NCBI RefSeq assembly: GCF_006345805.1
Contig: NC_043021.1
Span: 25,854,001-25,918,000 of the forward strand
Source: Octopus sinensis
Lineage: Eukaryota
Direction: 5' to 3'
DNA: 64,000 bases
Shown one piece after another: positions 14,625-25,389 of the stretch (the stretch's first letter is position 1; every line of letters begins with the position of its first letter). Position numbers and translations under genes: made by a program. The notes beneath the pieces were generated by a model that saw only the letters and a list, made by a program, of their open reading frames with translations, ran no database searches and was not told where the DNA came from.

Positions 14625-14775
14625 CAGGGCTGGCCCTAGGGTTGCTGGTGCCCCAGCACCCTTACAAGTATAATTTTAAAAAACTTTCACAAGGAGAAAA
14701 CCTGAAAATGTAGACTAAAAAGTACATGGTGCCCCGGGCGACTGCTCGAGTTGCTGGTGCCTTGAGCCAGCCCTG
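14625..14775. mobile_element. hAT MITE nested in a SINE
   Basis: TIRs cagggctggc / gccagccctg; perfect 8-bp TSD TCCACTGC. Confidence 0.88.
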
Positions 14776-15544
14776 TCCACTGCCCTTCTACAAATAAATG
14801 ATTTTCAAGTGATATCACCTTTTATTCTCTCATCATTTACTTGGTTTCAAATGGAATGGTCAAACAGGTAGGATGCTATTTTGTGGGGGAATGAAATGAA
14901 ACCAGTTTGTCTTTGACCTACTGCTCTCTCACTATCCCCTAAATAAAAAGTACTTGACCAGAGAGAAGATAAGTGAGAGGGACCACTTCTGTAGTTGCCA
15001 TAGTAACAATAGGAAACCAGATTAACTGGGTGTTGTTTACATAATTTAAAGTTTGTTTAAACAATATCATACAATCAGTGGACAGATATTAGTTTTCACT
15101 GTGACCACAACCATAACTCCATCAGTCCACAATTTATACTTTAGCAGCATGGAAAATAGACTTTAAATGTTGATGAGGCTGCGAAAAAAGAGAAAAAATA
15201 AATAAAATGCCTGGAGAGATAGAGAGGATGAGAGAGGAAATATTTCATTGTGTTCAAAATAATTAGTGGTGGGGAGAGTTTAAAATATTAATGAGATGCT
15301 GTAGATGTCTGAAGTACCAAGGGAAAACGTTGGGCTGTCTCTTTACAGACAAGGAAACAGCAATCAAGCGTCTTCACTTCATTATATTTCATAGTTTTTC
15401 AGCAACATTCAAGCAATATTCTATTTATTATTATTGTGGTCGTGGTCGTCATCATCATCATCATCATCATCATCATTATCACCACCACCACCACCACCAC
15501 CACTTTACTTCTCAGAACGTTCGGTCTTGTTTGTTCTGGTAGAT

Positions 15545-15712
15545 TCTGTGAGAGTGGATAGCAGCCTGCTGTCAGAGGTCTCACAGGGTCTCTTTCCACA
15601 CATTATAAGCTTTCATACTTGGTTGTTAATTACCATGGGAGACATTCAATATCCAAGTACCACTCTCAAAATCCTAGCTGTCCCCAACAGAGCAGCTTTT
15701 ACTGCTACTGGT
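15545..15712 (-). mobile_element. Very short 3' fragment of an R4/Dong-like element
   Basis: KAALLGTARILRVVL motif, same as at ~6970. Confidence 0.55.
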
Positions 15713-15725
15713 GCTGCTGCTGCTG

Positions 15726-15782
<57 letters not shown>

Positions 15783-16358
15783 TCACTACTATTAGTATTA
15801 TTATTGAAGCAGTGAAATTATTGCCACATTGGACAAAATGTTTAATGGCGTTTCTCCTGACTTTACATTCCAAGTTCAAATTCCACCAAAGTTAATTTTG
15901 CCTTTTATCCTTTCAGGGCCAATGAATAAGGTACCAGCTGACCACTGGGGTCGATATAATGAGTAATCGCCCCCCACCAAAAAATTTCAGGTCTTGTACC
16001 TAGAGTAGAAAAGTGTTATTATTACTATTGAAACACATTTCTATTGTGTCTAACAAGGCTATAGTTTTATGCAGTAATTGGAATAATTCCAGTGCCATCC
16101 AAGATCTCCTACTTTACATTCCAGTTATATATTTTTGAACTTTAATCTTTGCACTTAGTTTTGCTAGTTCATTTTTTATTTTCATCTGCAAGAATCAATA
16201 CTTCCAAATACTTTTTTCATCTGAAAGTATCAATTTAATTGATAGCTGTATGGTTCAATGAGAAGCACCTTGGAGAAATGTCTTCAACTGTAGCTGTGAG
16301 TTGACTAATGTCTTGAAAGTGGAATTTGATAACTGGATACTTTGTGAAAGACTATATG

Positions 16359-16394
<36 letters not shown>

Positions 16395-16397
<3 letters not shown>

Positions 16398-16575
16398 AGA
16401 TCGTTAGCTACTACACACATTTTTTTTCTCTCCTTGTTTTTTCTGTGTATCTTTCTGTAGAAGAGCGTAGGCTCGAAACGTAAAAGACTTTTTCTATTCC
16501 TGAGCGCTATACTAATACATCTGTTTGTTTGTACACTACCTGCCTTCGTCTTTTGTTTATTTTCGTAAACTTTCC

Positions 16576-16579
<4 letters not shown>
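16395..16579 (+). mobile_element. Short PLE-pLTR-like repeat with a degenerate hammerhead-like motif
   Basis: agaagagcgtaggctcgaaacgtaaaag (gagc/gctc stem, GAAACGTA); (TA)n on both sides; core lacks CUGA. Confidence 0.5.
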
Positions 16580-16613
<34 letters not shown>

Positions 16614-16615
<2 letters not shown>

Positions 16616-17036
16616 ACAAATAAATGAAAGAATGGAGTTGAACGTCGATTTAACAAAATTCCTTTATTCTTGACATATGTTTCGAAGACTGCATATTCCT
16701 AATTTCGAAGGATTATGCCGCCTTCTCATCAGGAAAGACAAGGAACCTATAAGTTCCTTGTCTTTCCTGATGAGAAGGCGGCATAATGCGCCCCTTATTC
16801 CTTCGAAATTAGGAATATGCAGTCTTCGAAGCATGTCGAGAATAAAGGAATTTTGTTAAATCGACGTTCAACTCCATTCTTTCATTTATTTGTATTAAAA
16901 AAACACACAAATTTCCACACGAAAGCACGTGATCCCTGCCCTTGGCATGTAGCTTCAACCGTGTTTTTCTGACATGAATTTGCTACCCGGGTACCGGTTA
17001 ACCGAATTATCCATACTAGGATAATTCATTCAACTA

Positions 17037-17038
<2 letters not shown>
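16614..17038 (+). mobile_element. Non-autonomous mini-PLE: palindromic pLTR dimer (16614-16746 / 16753-16895) plus ~140-bp 3' tail
   Basis: 133/143-bp inverted arms with a 6-nt loop; CTGATGA...GAAACATATGTC hammerhead core; post-AATAAA segment and tail align with 52041-52107 and 49543-49694 (rc); flanked by (TA)n. Confidence 0.8.
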
Positions 17039-17088
<50 letters not shown>

Positions 17089-17124
17089 CATATTTCTGCC
17101 TTCATTTTTTTTCCTCTCTCCATC

Positions 17125-17295
17125 TGTTTTCTTTCTTCAGTTTCTTTTAGTTTCCATCTGCCAAATCCACTCACAAGGTTTTGGTCAAACCAAGGGTTTA
17201 GTAGAAGACACCTGCCCAAGGTTCCACACAGTGGGACTAAATCTGGAACCATGTAGTTGGGAAGTAAGATTCTTGCCACAAAGCCATGACTGTGC
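17125..17295 (-). mobile_element. SINE family A head+core, head-to-head with the next copy
   Basis: Reverse complement of 17305-17460. Confidence 0.75.
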
Positions 17296-17304
17296 ATATA
17301 GAGG

Positions 17305-17825
17305 TGCGGTTGTGTGGCAAGAAGCTTGCTCGCCAACCACATAGTTCCAGGTTCAGTCCCACTGTGTGGCACCTTGGGCAAGTGTCTTCTGCTATAGCCT
17401 CAGGCCAACCAAAGCCTTGTGAGTGGATTCGGTAGACAGAAACTAAAAGAAACCCAGTGTGTATATATATATATACACACACACATACATACACATATAA
17501 AACACGCTTGTGAAGTCTTATTGAGTCAAGTGAAGTCATTGTCACGGCTGATGACAGTACCACTTGATTGGCACCCATGCCGGTAGCACATAAAAAGCAC
17601 CATTTGAGCATGGTTGATGCCAGTGCTGCCTGACTGGCCCTCATGCTGGTGGTACATAAAAAGCATCCAATTCACTTTCAACGTGGTTGGCATTAGGAAG
17701 GGCATCCAGTTGTAGAAACTTTGCAGATCAGATTGGAGCCTGATGCAGCCTTCTGGCTTGCCAGCCCTCAGTCAAACCCTCCAACCCATACCAGCATGGG
17801 AAGCAGACGTTAAACGACAATGTAT
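17305..17825 (+). mobile_element. SINE with family A head/core but RTE-type 3' tail
   Basis: Tail 17515-17825 aligns with RTE 3' UTR 63040-63395. Confidence 0.8.
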
Positions 17826-17835
17826 GATGTTTATG

Positions 17836-17869
<34 letters not shown>

Positions 17870-17876
<7 letters not shown>

Positions 17877-18092
17877 TTATGTGTGTATATTTGTTCCCCC
17901 CCCCCACCATTGCTTGACAACCAAATGTTGGTGTATTGACATCTCTGTAACTTAGCGGTTCGGCAAGGAAACTGATAGAATAAGCACCAGGCTTACAAAG
18001 AATAAGTCCAGGGGTTGATTTCTTTGACTAAAAGCCAGTGCTCCAGCATAGCCACAGTCAAATGACTAAACAAATAAAAGAATAAAAGACTA
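17870..18092 (+). mobile_element. SINE family A 3' half
   Basis: taacttagcggttcggcaa...ccagcatagccacagtcaaatgact. Confidence 0.75.
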
Positions 18093-18112
18093 CATATATA
18101 GATATATACATC

Positions 18113-18866
18113 ATCATCATCATCGTCATCATCGTCATCATCATCATTTAATGTCCGTTGTCCATGCTGGCATGAGTTAGTTTGACCAGAGCTGGCAAGA
18201 TGGAGACCTGCACGAGTCTCCAGTCTGATTTGGTTTCGACAGCTGGATGTCCTTCGTTTACAGAGTGTGCTGGATGATTTTACATGGCACTGGCACAGGA
18301 CTCTTGCAGGCCAATCCTCCTCTTCACCGGGTGGGGGTGGGGGCTTAACACTTCTGCTGTGGTGGACAGGTCTTCTTTAGTACAGCAAGGTGCCAGACCT
18401 CTCGGGCCTTTGTCATCTGAAAGGTTCAGCATCCTGAGTGTGTGCTTCAGTACTTCATCCCATGTCTTTTGGGGTCTCCCTCTTCCACTTGCTCCATCGA
18501 CTATGAGAGAATGGTAATTTCTTTTGTCAGCACCCATCCACACCACATGACCAAATCACCACTCCCCTCTCTTGCACATCTGGCGTCTAATTCCTCTGAT
18601 ACACAAGCATTCTGTCGAACATATTACACTTACATTACACACCCAGCCCCATTTCTCTCTAACCTTCACACCTCCTCTGCATTCAGGGCCAACGACTCAC
18701 TACCATGTAGAACTGCTGTCCATACACATGCCTCGTACAATCTTCCTTTCACTTGCAGAGAGAAACCCTTTACAGCCAACTCTCTGAACTTCCTCCATCT
18801 TATTCTTATTCTAGCTATTACATTCTCTGTGCATCCTCCCCCACTACTAATTTGGTCTCGTAGGTA
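18113..18866 (-). mobile_element. 5'-truncated copy of the same RTE family
   Basis: KGRLYEACVWTAVLHGSE and GRGRPQKTWDEVLKH motifs; (CAT)n tail at 18113-18147. Confidence 0.88.
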
Positions 18867-19550
18867 GAAGAAACTATCTAAAGTATGTGTGTACATATAT
18901 ATTCTTTTACAGTTTTTTTGCCTGTTGACCGTGGCCATGCTGGAGTGCCCACCACCTTGAAAGGTTTCACTGGATCATGTTGATCCCTCTACATATTTTT
19001 AACTCCAGTAAAATATTTAGCTGTGTATATTTATCCCACTGCTAATGTCTAAAACATAAACTCACATTGCTTTTCTTCAAGTGACGCAAACATACACACA
19101 CACACACACACCTGTGCATTCATATCCATACGTGTGTGTGTGTGTGTGTGTGCGTGCGTGCGTGCGTGTAAGAAGTACCGAATTTTATGCTGTGCATCTT
19201 TTTGCTCGATTTAGCTGTCCATGACTGTTGTTCTGGATTACGTTGTAGAGTTGTCTCCCTTCAACTGTACCTTCGACTAAATATTTTGCTATTAATGGCA
19301 GACTAGAATCTTTCTTCACCCTTTATGTACTTGTGAAGGACAGAATGCCAGACGAAAGGCCTTTAGTATTTAGTTACATCTTTTTAGGTTCTGAATTCAA
19401 ATTCGTCTTGGATTTACATTGCTTTTCGCTCTTCTGCTGTCGGCAAAATAAAACAAATCAATTATACTTAATCAATTGTTCTTCACTTCTTGTACCAATC
19501 TTACAAATCATTAATATTCTTATCCTTCTTTCTTTCTTTTCCTTCCACAG

Positions 19551-19812
19551 GAAATACCGAAAGCTGCAGCCTCCCGAGTACTCTCCTCCCTTTGGCTAAT
19601 GCTCCACCCCTATCACAAAGTCAAACATTACCAAAAAAACATTTGAGGCGGAAACAAGAACTACAGAAAGATAGTCTCTCTGCAGACTCATTAATCGCCA
19701 GAGGCCAAGGGGTGATGGAGCCATTGTCACAGCCTAAATCCCCTGGGTCGGGTCCAGCTGCTGCTCCTGGCCAGCTTGCTCGTTCGCCATTATTAGTAAG
19801 CAATCAGTCACA
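19551..19812 (+). CDS. Gene A exon (GNTESCSLP...VSNQS)
   Basis: Acceptor ttcttttccttccacag, donor CA|GTAAGT; phase 1 to 2. Confidence 0.88.
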
Positions 19813-19829
19813 GTAAGTTGTTTCTTAGT

Positions 19830-20045
19830 TTTTTATCTTTAGTCTTTTACTTGTTTCAGTCATTGAACTGCGACCATACTGGAGCATCGCCTTGAAAGGT
19901 TGTAGTCAAACACATCTACCCCAGTATTTTTAAGTCTGGTACTTTCTTCCACTGACTGCAAAGTTATAGGGACGTAATCAAACCAACACCAGTTAACAAG
20001 CAGTGTGTGTGTGGTGGAGGAGAACAAACAAACACAAAGACACAC
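19830..20045 (-). mobile_element. SINE family A 3' half
   Basis: cttttacttgtttcagtcatt...ctggagcatcgccttg. Confidence 0.7.
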
Positions 20046-20164
20046 ACACATACATGCATATATACATACACATACATATGCATGCATGCATACATGCATA
20101 CATACATACATACAAACACAAAGAAACACACACACACACACATACATACATACATACATACATA

Positions 20165-20890
20165 TCGGATCATCCCATAAATAATGTGGTTTTTTATACT
20201 TCTCTTATTTTTCAAAATTAAGACAAACAAAGTTCTTTTTTTATCTAAAATATACTCTCCTTCATTTTTGACCTTGCTCTTCCATCTATCTCGTAGGCTT
20301 GCAAGGCTCCTCTTAACAAAATTCATTTGTCCGTAATGAAAAATACTCTTCCAGAACTGTTCTTACCTCATCTAAAGAATTCATATTTTTTCCGTCCAAA
20401 TAATTTTGAAGACTGGAATAAATGATAACCAGATGGGGCAATGTCTGGTGAATATGGAGGGTGGAGCATTGTTTCCCAATCAAACTGCTCCAGTGTTTGG
20501 AATGTCATCCTCACTGTATGTGGCCAAGCATTATCCTGATGGAAGAACACCTTTCGTCTTGAAACCAAAGATGGTCATTTTTCTTCCAGCGCTGACTTAA
20601 ACCACTCAAGCCACTCACAGTAGATCGCCTTTGTTATCATTTGGTTGGGGTTTTTAAAAGTTCAAATTGGACTAACTCTTTCATATCCCACCAAACAGAT
20701 AACAATACCTTACATTGTTCAAGTTCTTCTTTAGCCTGGGGTGCACTCTTCAAAACTTGCACTGAGAATAAGGACAAGATAAAATTACTACTTGCTTCTA
20801 TAGCAAGTTGATGCAGGTAGTTTACTCTGTCTCTCTCCAACTTTTAATTCATGCAATTGAAAAGACTGTATTATTTATGGGATGACCCAA
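20165..20890 (-). mobile_element. Internally deleted mariner transposon
   Basis: ~28-bp TIRs (tcggatcatcccataaataatg / ttgggtcatcccataaataata), TA on both flanks; HQDNAWPH and HPPYSPDIAPSGYHLF (third catalytic D mutated). Confidence 0.9.
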
Positions 20891-20899
20891 TATATATAT

Positions 20900-20984
<85 letters not shown>

Positions 20985-21029
20985 CACACACACACACACA
21001 TATATATATAACCCCATGTTCTCACTGTT

Positions 21030-21625
21030 GATTTCAATTGATGCTACCAAATCTACATGAATTTATTCTCAAATGGGGCCTCTAAATTCTCTACCTCCCT
21101 AGCTAGATATGCACACCACCTCAAGTCCCAAAATATTCACTATACCTTATCTTGGTCTGTACTTTGTGGGGCTTCCCCATACAGTACTAACCACCATGTT
21201 TGCAAGTTGTAGTGCAGGGAATTGTTTGCATTCCTTCACCATCAGAATACTTCATTACTCAATAATAATCTCATGTAAACATAAAGCTTATTCCTCTTTT
21301 ACCCATTACATAAAGTTCTTGTGATTTCTCCTAATTGTGGTTAAACCCTTACTTACTACTATGCTAGCTGCATCTTCTTTCTCTATTCTCTTGGTACCAT
21401 TCTCCCTATCTCAGCATATCTTCCCCCCTGTTACCCCCACCCCTATTCATTGCTCACCTCATCCTGTCTCTCTATATAGCCTGGTACCATCCTGAATTCA
21501 TTTAAAGTCTACTTAGTGAGATTCCCAACCACCAGAGGTGCTTCCTTCTTGATGAAGGGAACTGGACTTATGATAATAGCTCTGTGTGACTGTTTACTGG
21601 ATGCATACCCAAGGTTTTTTACTCA
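21030..21625 (+). mobile_element. Decayed PLE 3' fragment (GIY-YIG C-terminus + pLTR remnant)
   Basis: FSTSLARYAHHLKSQNIHYTLSWSVLCGASPY...VCKL*CREL..LLN parallels TTGLSKLIWRLKDTNLSYRLEWSIL..CNLC; ttgatgaaggg remnant at ~21549. Confidence 0.7.
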
Positions 21626-22031
21626 TTTCATCTACAAATTATAAACATTATGATTATTACGTAAATCCAAGCTTCCTGAAAAGCTATTGAATCAAGAAAT
21701 TATGTATTCTTTTAGTAGTCTATATTTTTTTATATGATATTCTTTATTAAATATAGTATTCTATATTTATCTCCATAAATATATTTTTGTGCGTGGGGTG
21801 GGGGTTATCCTTCAGAATATATGTAGATTGTGTGTGAGGGGGGGGTGATATGTTGGATATAAAGTGTGGTGAAGAGTGTAGTGAATATTTTAGTGTGGTT
21901 ATTGTGTAATGTTGATCATAAAGTATGATGGAAACTATAGAGAGAATGATCTTTCTTTCAGCATTTCAGAAATATTAACAGAGTCATCAGGGATGAAATA
22001 TTCTTGACATCAGTTTCTTTTCTATCTTTAG

Positions 22032-22452
22032 TACAAGACCTGACCATTCTGAGAACTACAATCCACAGCAGGCAGCTGTGAACAGTCATACATATTCACG
22101 CTTTGGTTCCACTTCTCAAAAAGGAAACAGAATTCTTCAATCAGCAGACAATAAATTTCAGGACAACAAGTTTGTCAGTGAGAAACATCTACAGAAACTT
22201 TCAGATTCTTCTGTCCCTACAACTGGGAAAAGAGTTGCTCCAGCTGACAGTAAACATGGGATAAATTTCTCAAACTCATTAGTGGCAACATCTGCACAAC
22301 CAGCAGAGAGTGATATGGATGAGGGGAGTACAGCCAAGCCATCATTAAACCAGCCCCAAGAAAAAAAGGTGAAATGGCTGTCTTCATATCCAAACAGTTG
22401 CGCTCCAGCTAAAAAACAACAAAAGCTTGCATCACCACTCGCTTTCAACCAT
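22032..22452 (+). CDS. Gene A exon (TRPDHSEN...PLAFNH)
   Basis: Acceptor gtttctttctatctttag, donor CAT|GTAAGT; phase 2 to 0. Confidence 0.88.
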
Positions 22453-23180
22453 GTAAGTATTTCATATATTCTTTACAATTAGCCAAGCACTGAAATGACC
22501 AGAATTACTGTGAGATGGACTAAATACCCTATGGTACTTAATTTTGTCCGTCAGGATTTTGAGTGGAATTCATGCCAGAATCAACTCTTCCAGAGTTAAT
22601 TATTAAATAATTAGACATGTGCCTTGATTATATAAATTTACTTGGGTACCGAGTATGAAAACTTCAGATTTATTTTGCATTTATGGGGTACATCATCCTG
22701 TTGCACATTATATATCTGTTTCTAAGCTATAATCATTGAAAGATGTGGAGGAAATTTGAAATAGGGTTTGTGATATTCATACACTTCATTATTAAGTTAA
22801 TTTTTAAACAAGAGAAAAAGACTAAAACACACTGTACAAATGCATCTATAGTCCCCGCCCCCTTTGAATCTCCTTTTGTTCTTATGCTTGTATAAAATTT
22901 TCCACTGAACTCCCACCAACCCAGGGGTAGTACCACCCAATATGAGAAATACTCATCTACATCAATATTATATTACTTGGAGTGGATGCATTCTTGTTAA
23001 ATCTATTACAAACCATTTTCTCCACAGATCAATAGAACCATTCATCCATTGATAAGTATATTAAACAAAAAAATCCCCATCAATGTAGCCTATTAATTAT
23101 GTTAATGACTAAACTATAAACATACATTTATGGTTCTCTTTAACATTCACTGTTTCTTTGTGGCTTTTTTTAATTCCTAG

Positions 23181-23246
23181 GGCGAGCCTGAAATCATAGA
23201 AAGCAAGCCTCCACTTTCACAACCTCGAAGAACATTTCGAAAATAG
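23181..23246 (+). CDS. Gene A probable last coding exon (GEPEIIESKPPLSQPRRTFRK*)
   Basis: Acceptor ttttttaattcctag, phase 0, TAG at 23244-46; joined exons total 1716 nt in one frame. Confidence 0.7.
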   Translation, partial: GEPEIIESKPPLSQPRRTFRK

Positions 23247-23449
23247 CCAGAGAAATTGTCCAGACCAAGGGAAATGCAGGCAGGAATGAAGTAAAAATTA
23301 TTGCATACATCTTTATAATATGTCTATAGTTCTGAGATGAATTGTTATGAATACAATTAAGATGGATTGACTCCTTTTCAGAGTGTATATTTAAAATATT
23401 TACATTTAATATATAATATTAATATTGATATTCTTTCATAAGCCATCAA

Positions 23450-23660
23450 GCAGCCAGAATCATTAATGTGCCGGGCGAAATGCTTCGTGGTGTTTCATCT
23501 GACTTCAAGTCCTGAGTTCAAATGCTGCCAGGGTCGACTTTGCCTTTCATCCTTTTGTGGTTGATAAAATAAGTAGCAGTTATGCACTGGTGTCAATGTA
23601 ATTGACTTACTCCTTTCCTGCAAAATTGCTGGCCTTGTGGCAAAATTTGAAATGAATATT
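23450..23660 (+). mobile_element. SINE family B (gcagaatc...gtcgactttgcctttcatcc...ggccttgtg), solitary copy
   Basis: Colinear with the array copies at 35.8-39.6 kb; partial copies at 6695-6860 (+), 14440-14624 (-), 15893-16030 (+), 33960-34065 (-). Confidence 0.8.
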
Positions 23661-23908
23661 TACATTTATTAAAATTTAATATAAAAATATTTGCTTTTAC
23701 TCTACACTTTTGATCACTTTCATCCCTAATTGTCATTAGATGTGTTATTCTGGGATGTCTACACCAAGTTCAGTTCTGGATATAAGTCATCCAGGAACAA
23801 GATGCCTATGGTTGACTGCAGTGTGATGTAAATATTGTAAGCATTCACTCAAACATTAAGCACAGTAATAATTCTATAAGTTAAAACATATATACACATA
23901 TACATACA

Positions 23909-24310
23909 CTCTTTTACTTGTTTCAGTCATTTGACTGTGGCCATACTGGAGCACTGCCTTTAGTCGAGAAATCGACCCCAGGACTTATTCTTTGTAAGCC
24001 TAGTACTTATTCTATCAGTGCCTTTTGCTGAACCACTAAGTTATGGGGACGTAAATACACCAACATCAGTTGTCAAGCGATGGAAGGGAAACAAACACAG
24101 ACACAAAGACACACACACATAAATATATGTATATATATATATATATATATATACACAACAGGTTTCTTTCAGTTTCCGTCTACCAAATCCACTTACAAGG
24201 CTTTGGTCAGCCCATGTCTATAGTAGAAGACACTTGCCTAAGGTACCACGCAGTGGGACTGAACCCAGAAACATTTGGTCGGGAAGCAAGCTTCTTACTA
24301 TACAGCCACT
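23909..24310 (-). mobile_element. SINE family A, full length
   Basis: Low divergence from 43618-43977. Confidence 0.85.
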
Positions 24311-24313
24311 TCG

Positions 24314-24354
<41 letters not shown>

Positions 24355-24357
<3 letters not shown>

Positions 24358-24683
24358 CAATAAGACAATGGAGGGGATCAAGAGGTGGTAGTCATCAACT
24401 TTTAGACATTATGTTATGTCTATTTATTTATTTTTTAAAAACCATTATAACAATATACATACATGTATAACATATTATGCTTTACATATATAATATATAA
24501 AAGTATAAAAATACCAGTAATTATTAAAATATATAACGTAAAGCATAGGAAGTAGAATACTACTTCCTATGTTTATACATATATGTATATTGTTATAATG
24601 GTTTTTAAAAATAAATAGACGTAACATAATGTCTAAAACCTGATGAATACCAGCTCTTGATCCCCTCCATTTTCTTATTGCTG
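24355..24683. mobile_element. Tc1/mariner-type MITE with ~120-bp TIRs
   Basis: TA|cagcaataag...cttattgctg|TA; internal 12-bp hairpin at 24544-24571. Confidence 0.8.
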
Positions 24684-25029
24684 TATATGAAATGACATGC
24701 ACAGAAATACAGATGCTGTACAACTAAACGAGCTGTCAACAGCTGTCCAACAAACTTATACATGTGTGTGTGTGTGTGTGTTGTGTGTGTGAGTGCGTGC
24801 GTGTGTGAATGTTGCTATTGGTGAAACCTTAGCAGAGTATGCATATTTTTTTAGACATTTGTCAATTAGGGGCCATGTACTTCTGTTAAACTGATTGCAT
24901 TGAGGTGAGGAATTACGTTAAAGAATTAACGAGTTTCTTTCTGTTAATCCTGGCTAATGAAGAAGTAAAATTATCCATGCAAATTTAACTTATTTGAAGA
25001 TTTCTAAAGAACTTTCAAAGTATTCATTA

Positions 25030-25330
25030 ACTGGCATTCCATTGGTTACAACAACGTGGGTTCCAGTTGATCCATTCAATGGAACAGCCAGCTCATGAAA
25101 TTAATCTGCAAGTGGCTGAGTACTCCACAGACACAAATACCTTTAATGTAGTTCTCAGGGAGATCCAGCATAACACTGAATGTGACAAGCCTGGCCCCTT
25201 TGAAATACAGGTACAACTCATTTTTTTTCCAGCAGACTGGATCAAAGAGAAATAAAGTATCTTACCCAAGGACACGATGCACCACTGGGAATTGAACCTA
25301 TGACTTTATGATCATGAATCAAATACCCGA
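25030..25330 (-). mobile_element. tRNA-derived SINE family C
   Basis: Head gtggcttggtggttcggg..ggttcaattccc (A/B boxes) then gtgtccttgggtaagatactt; related heads at 30300-30530 (-) and 48795-49010 (+). Confidence 0.65.
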
Positions 25331-25389
25331 ACCACCAAGCCACAAGCTTTTTGCAAAGTACTAATTAAATCCATCCTACTTCCATCTGA

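Noticed and set aside
25255-25330. tRNA-like A/B boxes
   Set aside because: These are SINE heads; no complete cloverleaf, and they continue into SINE core sequence.
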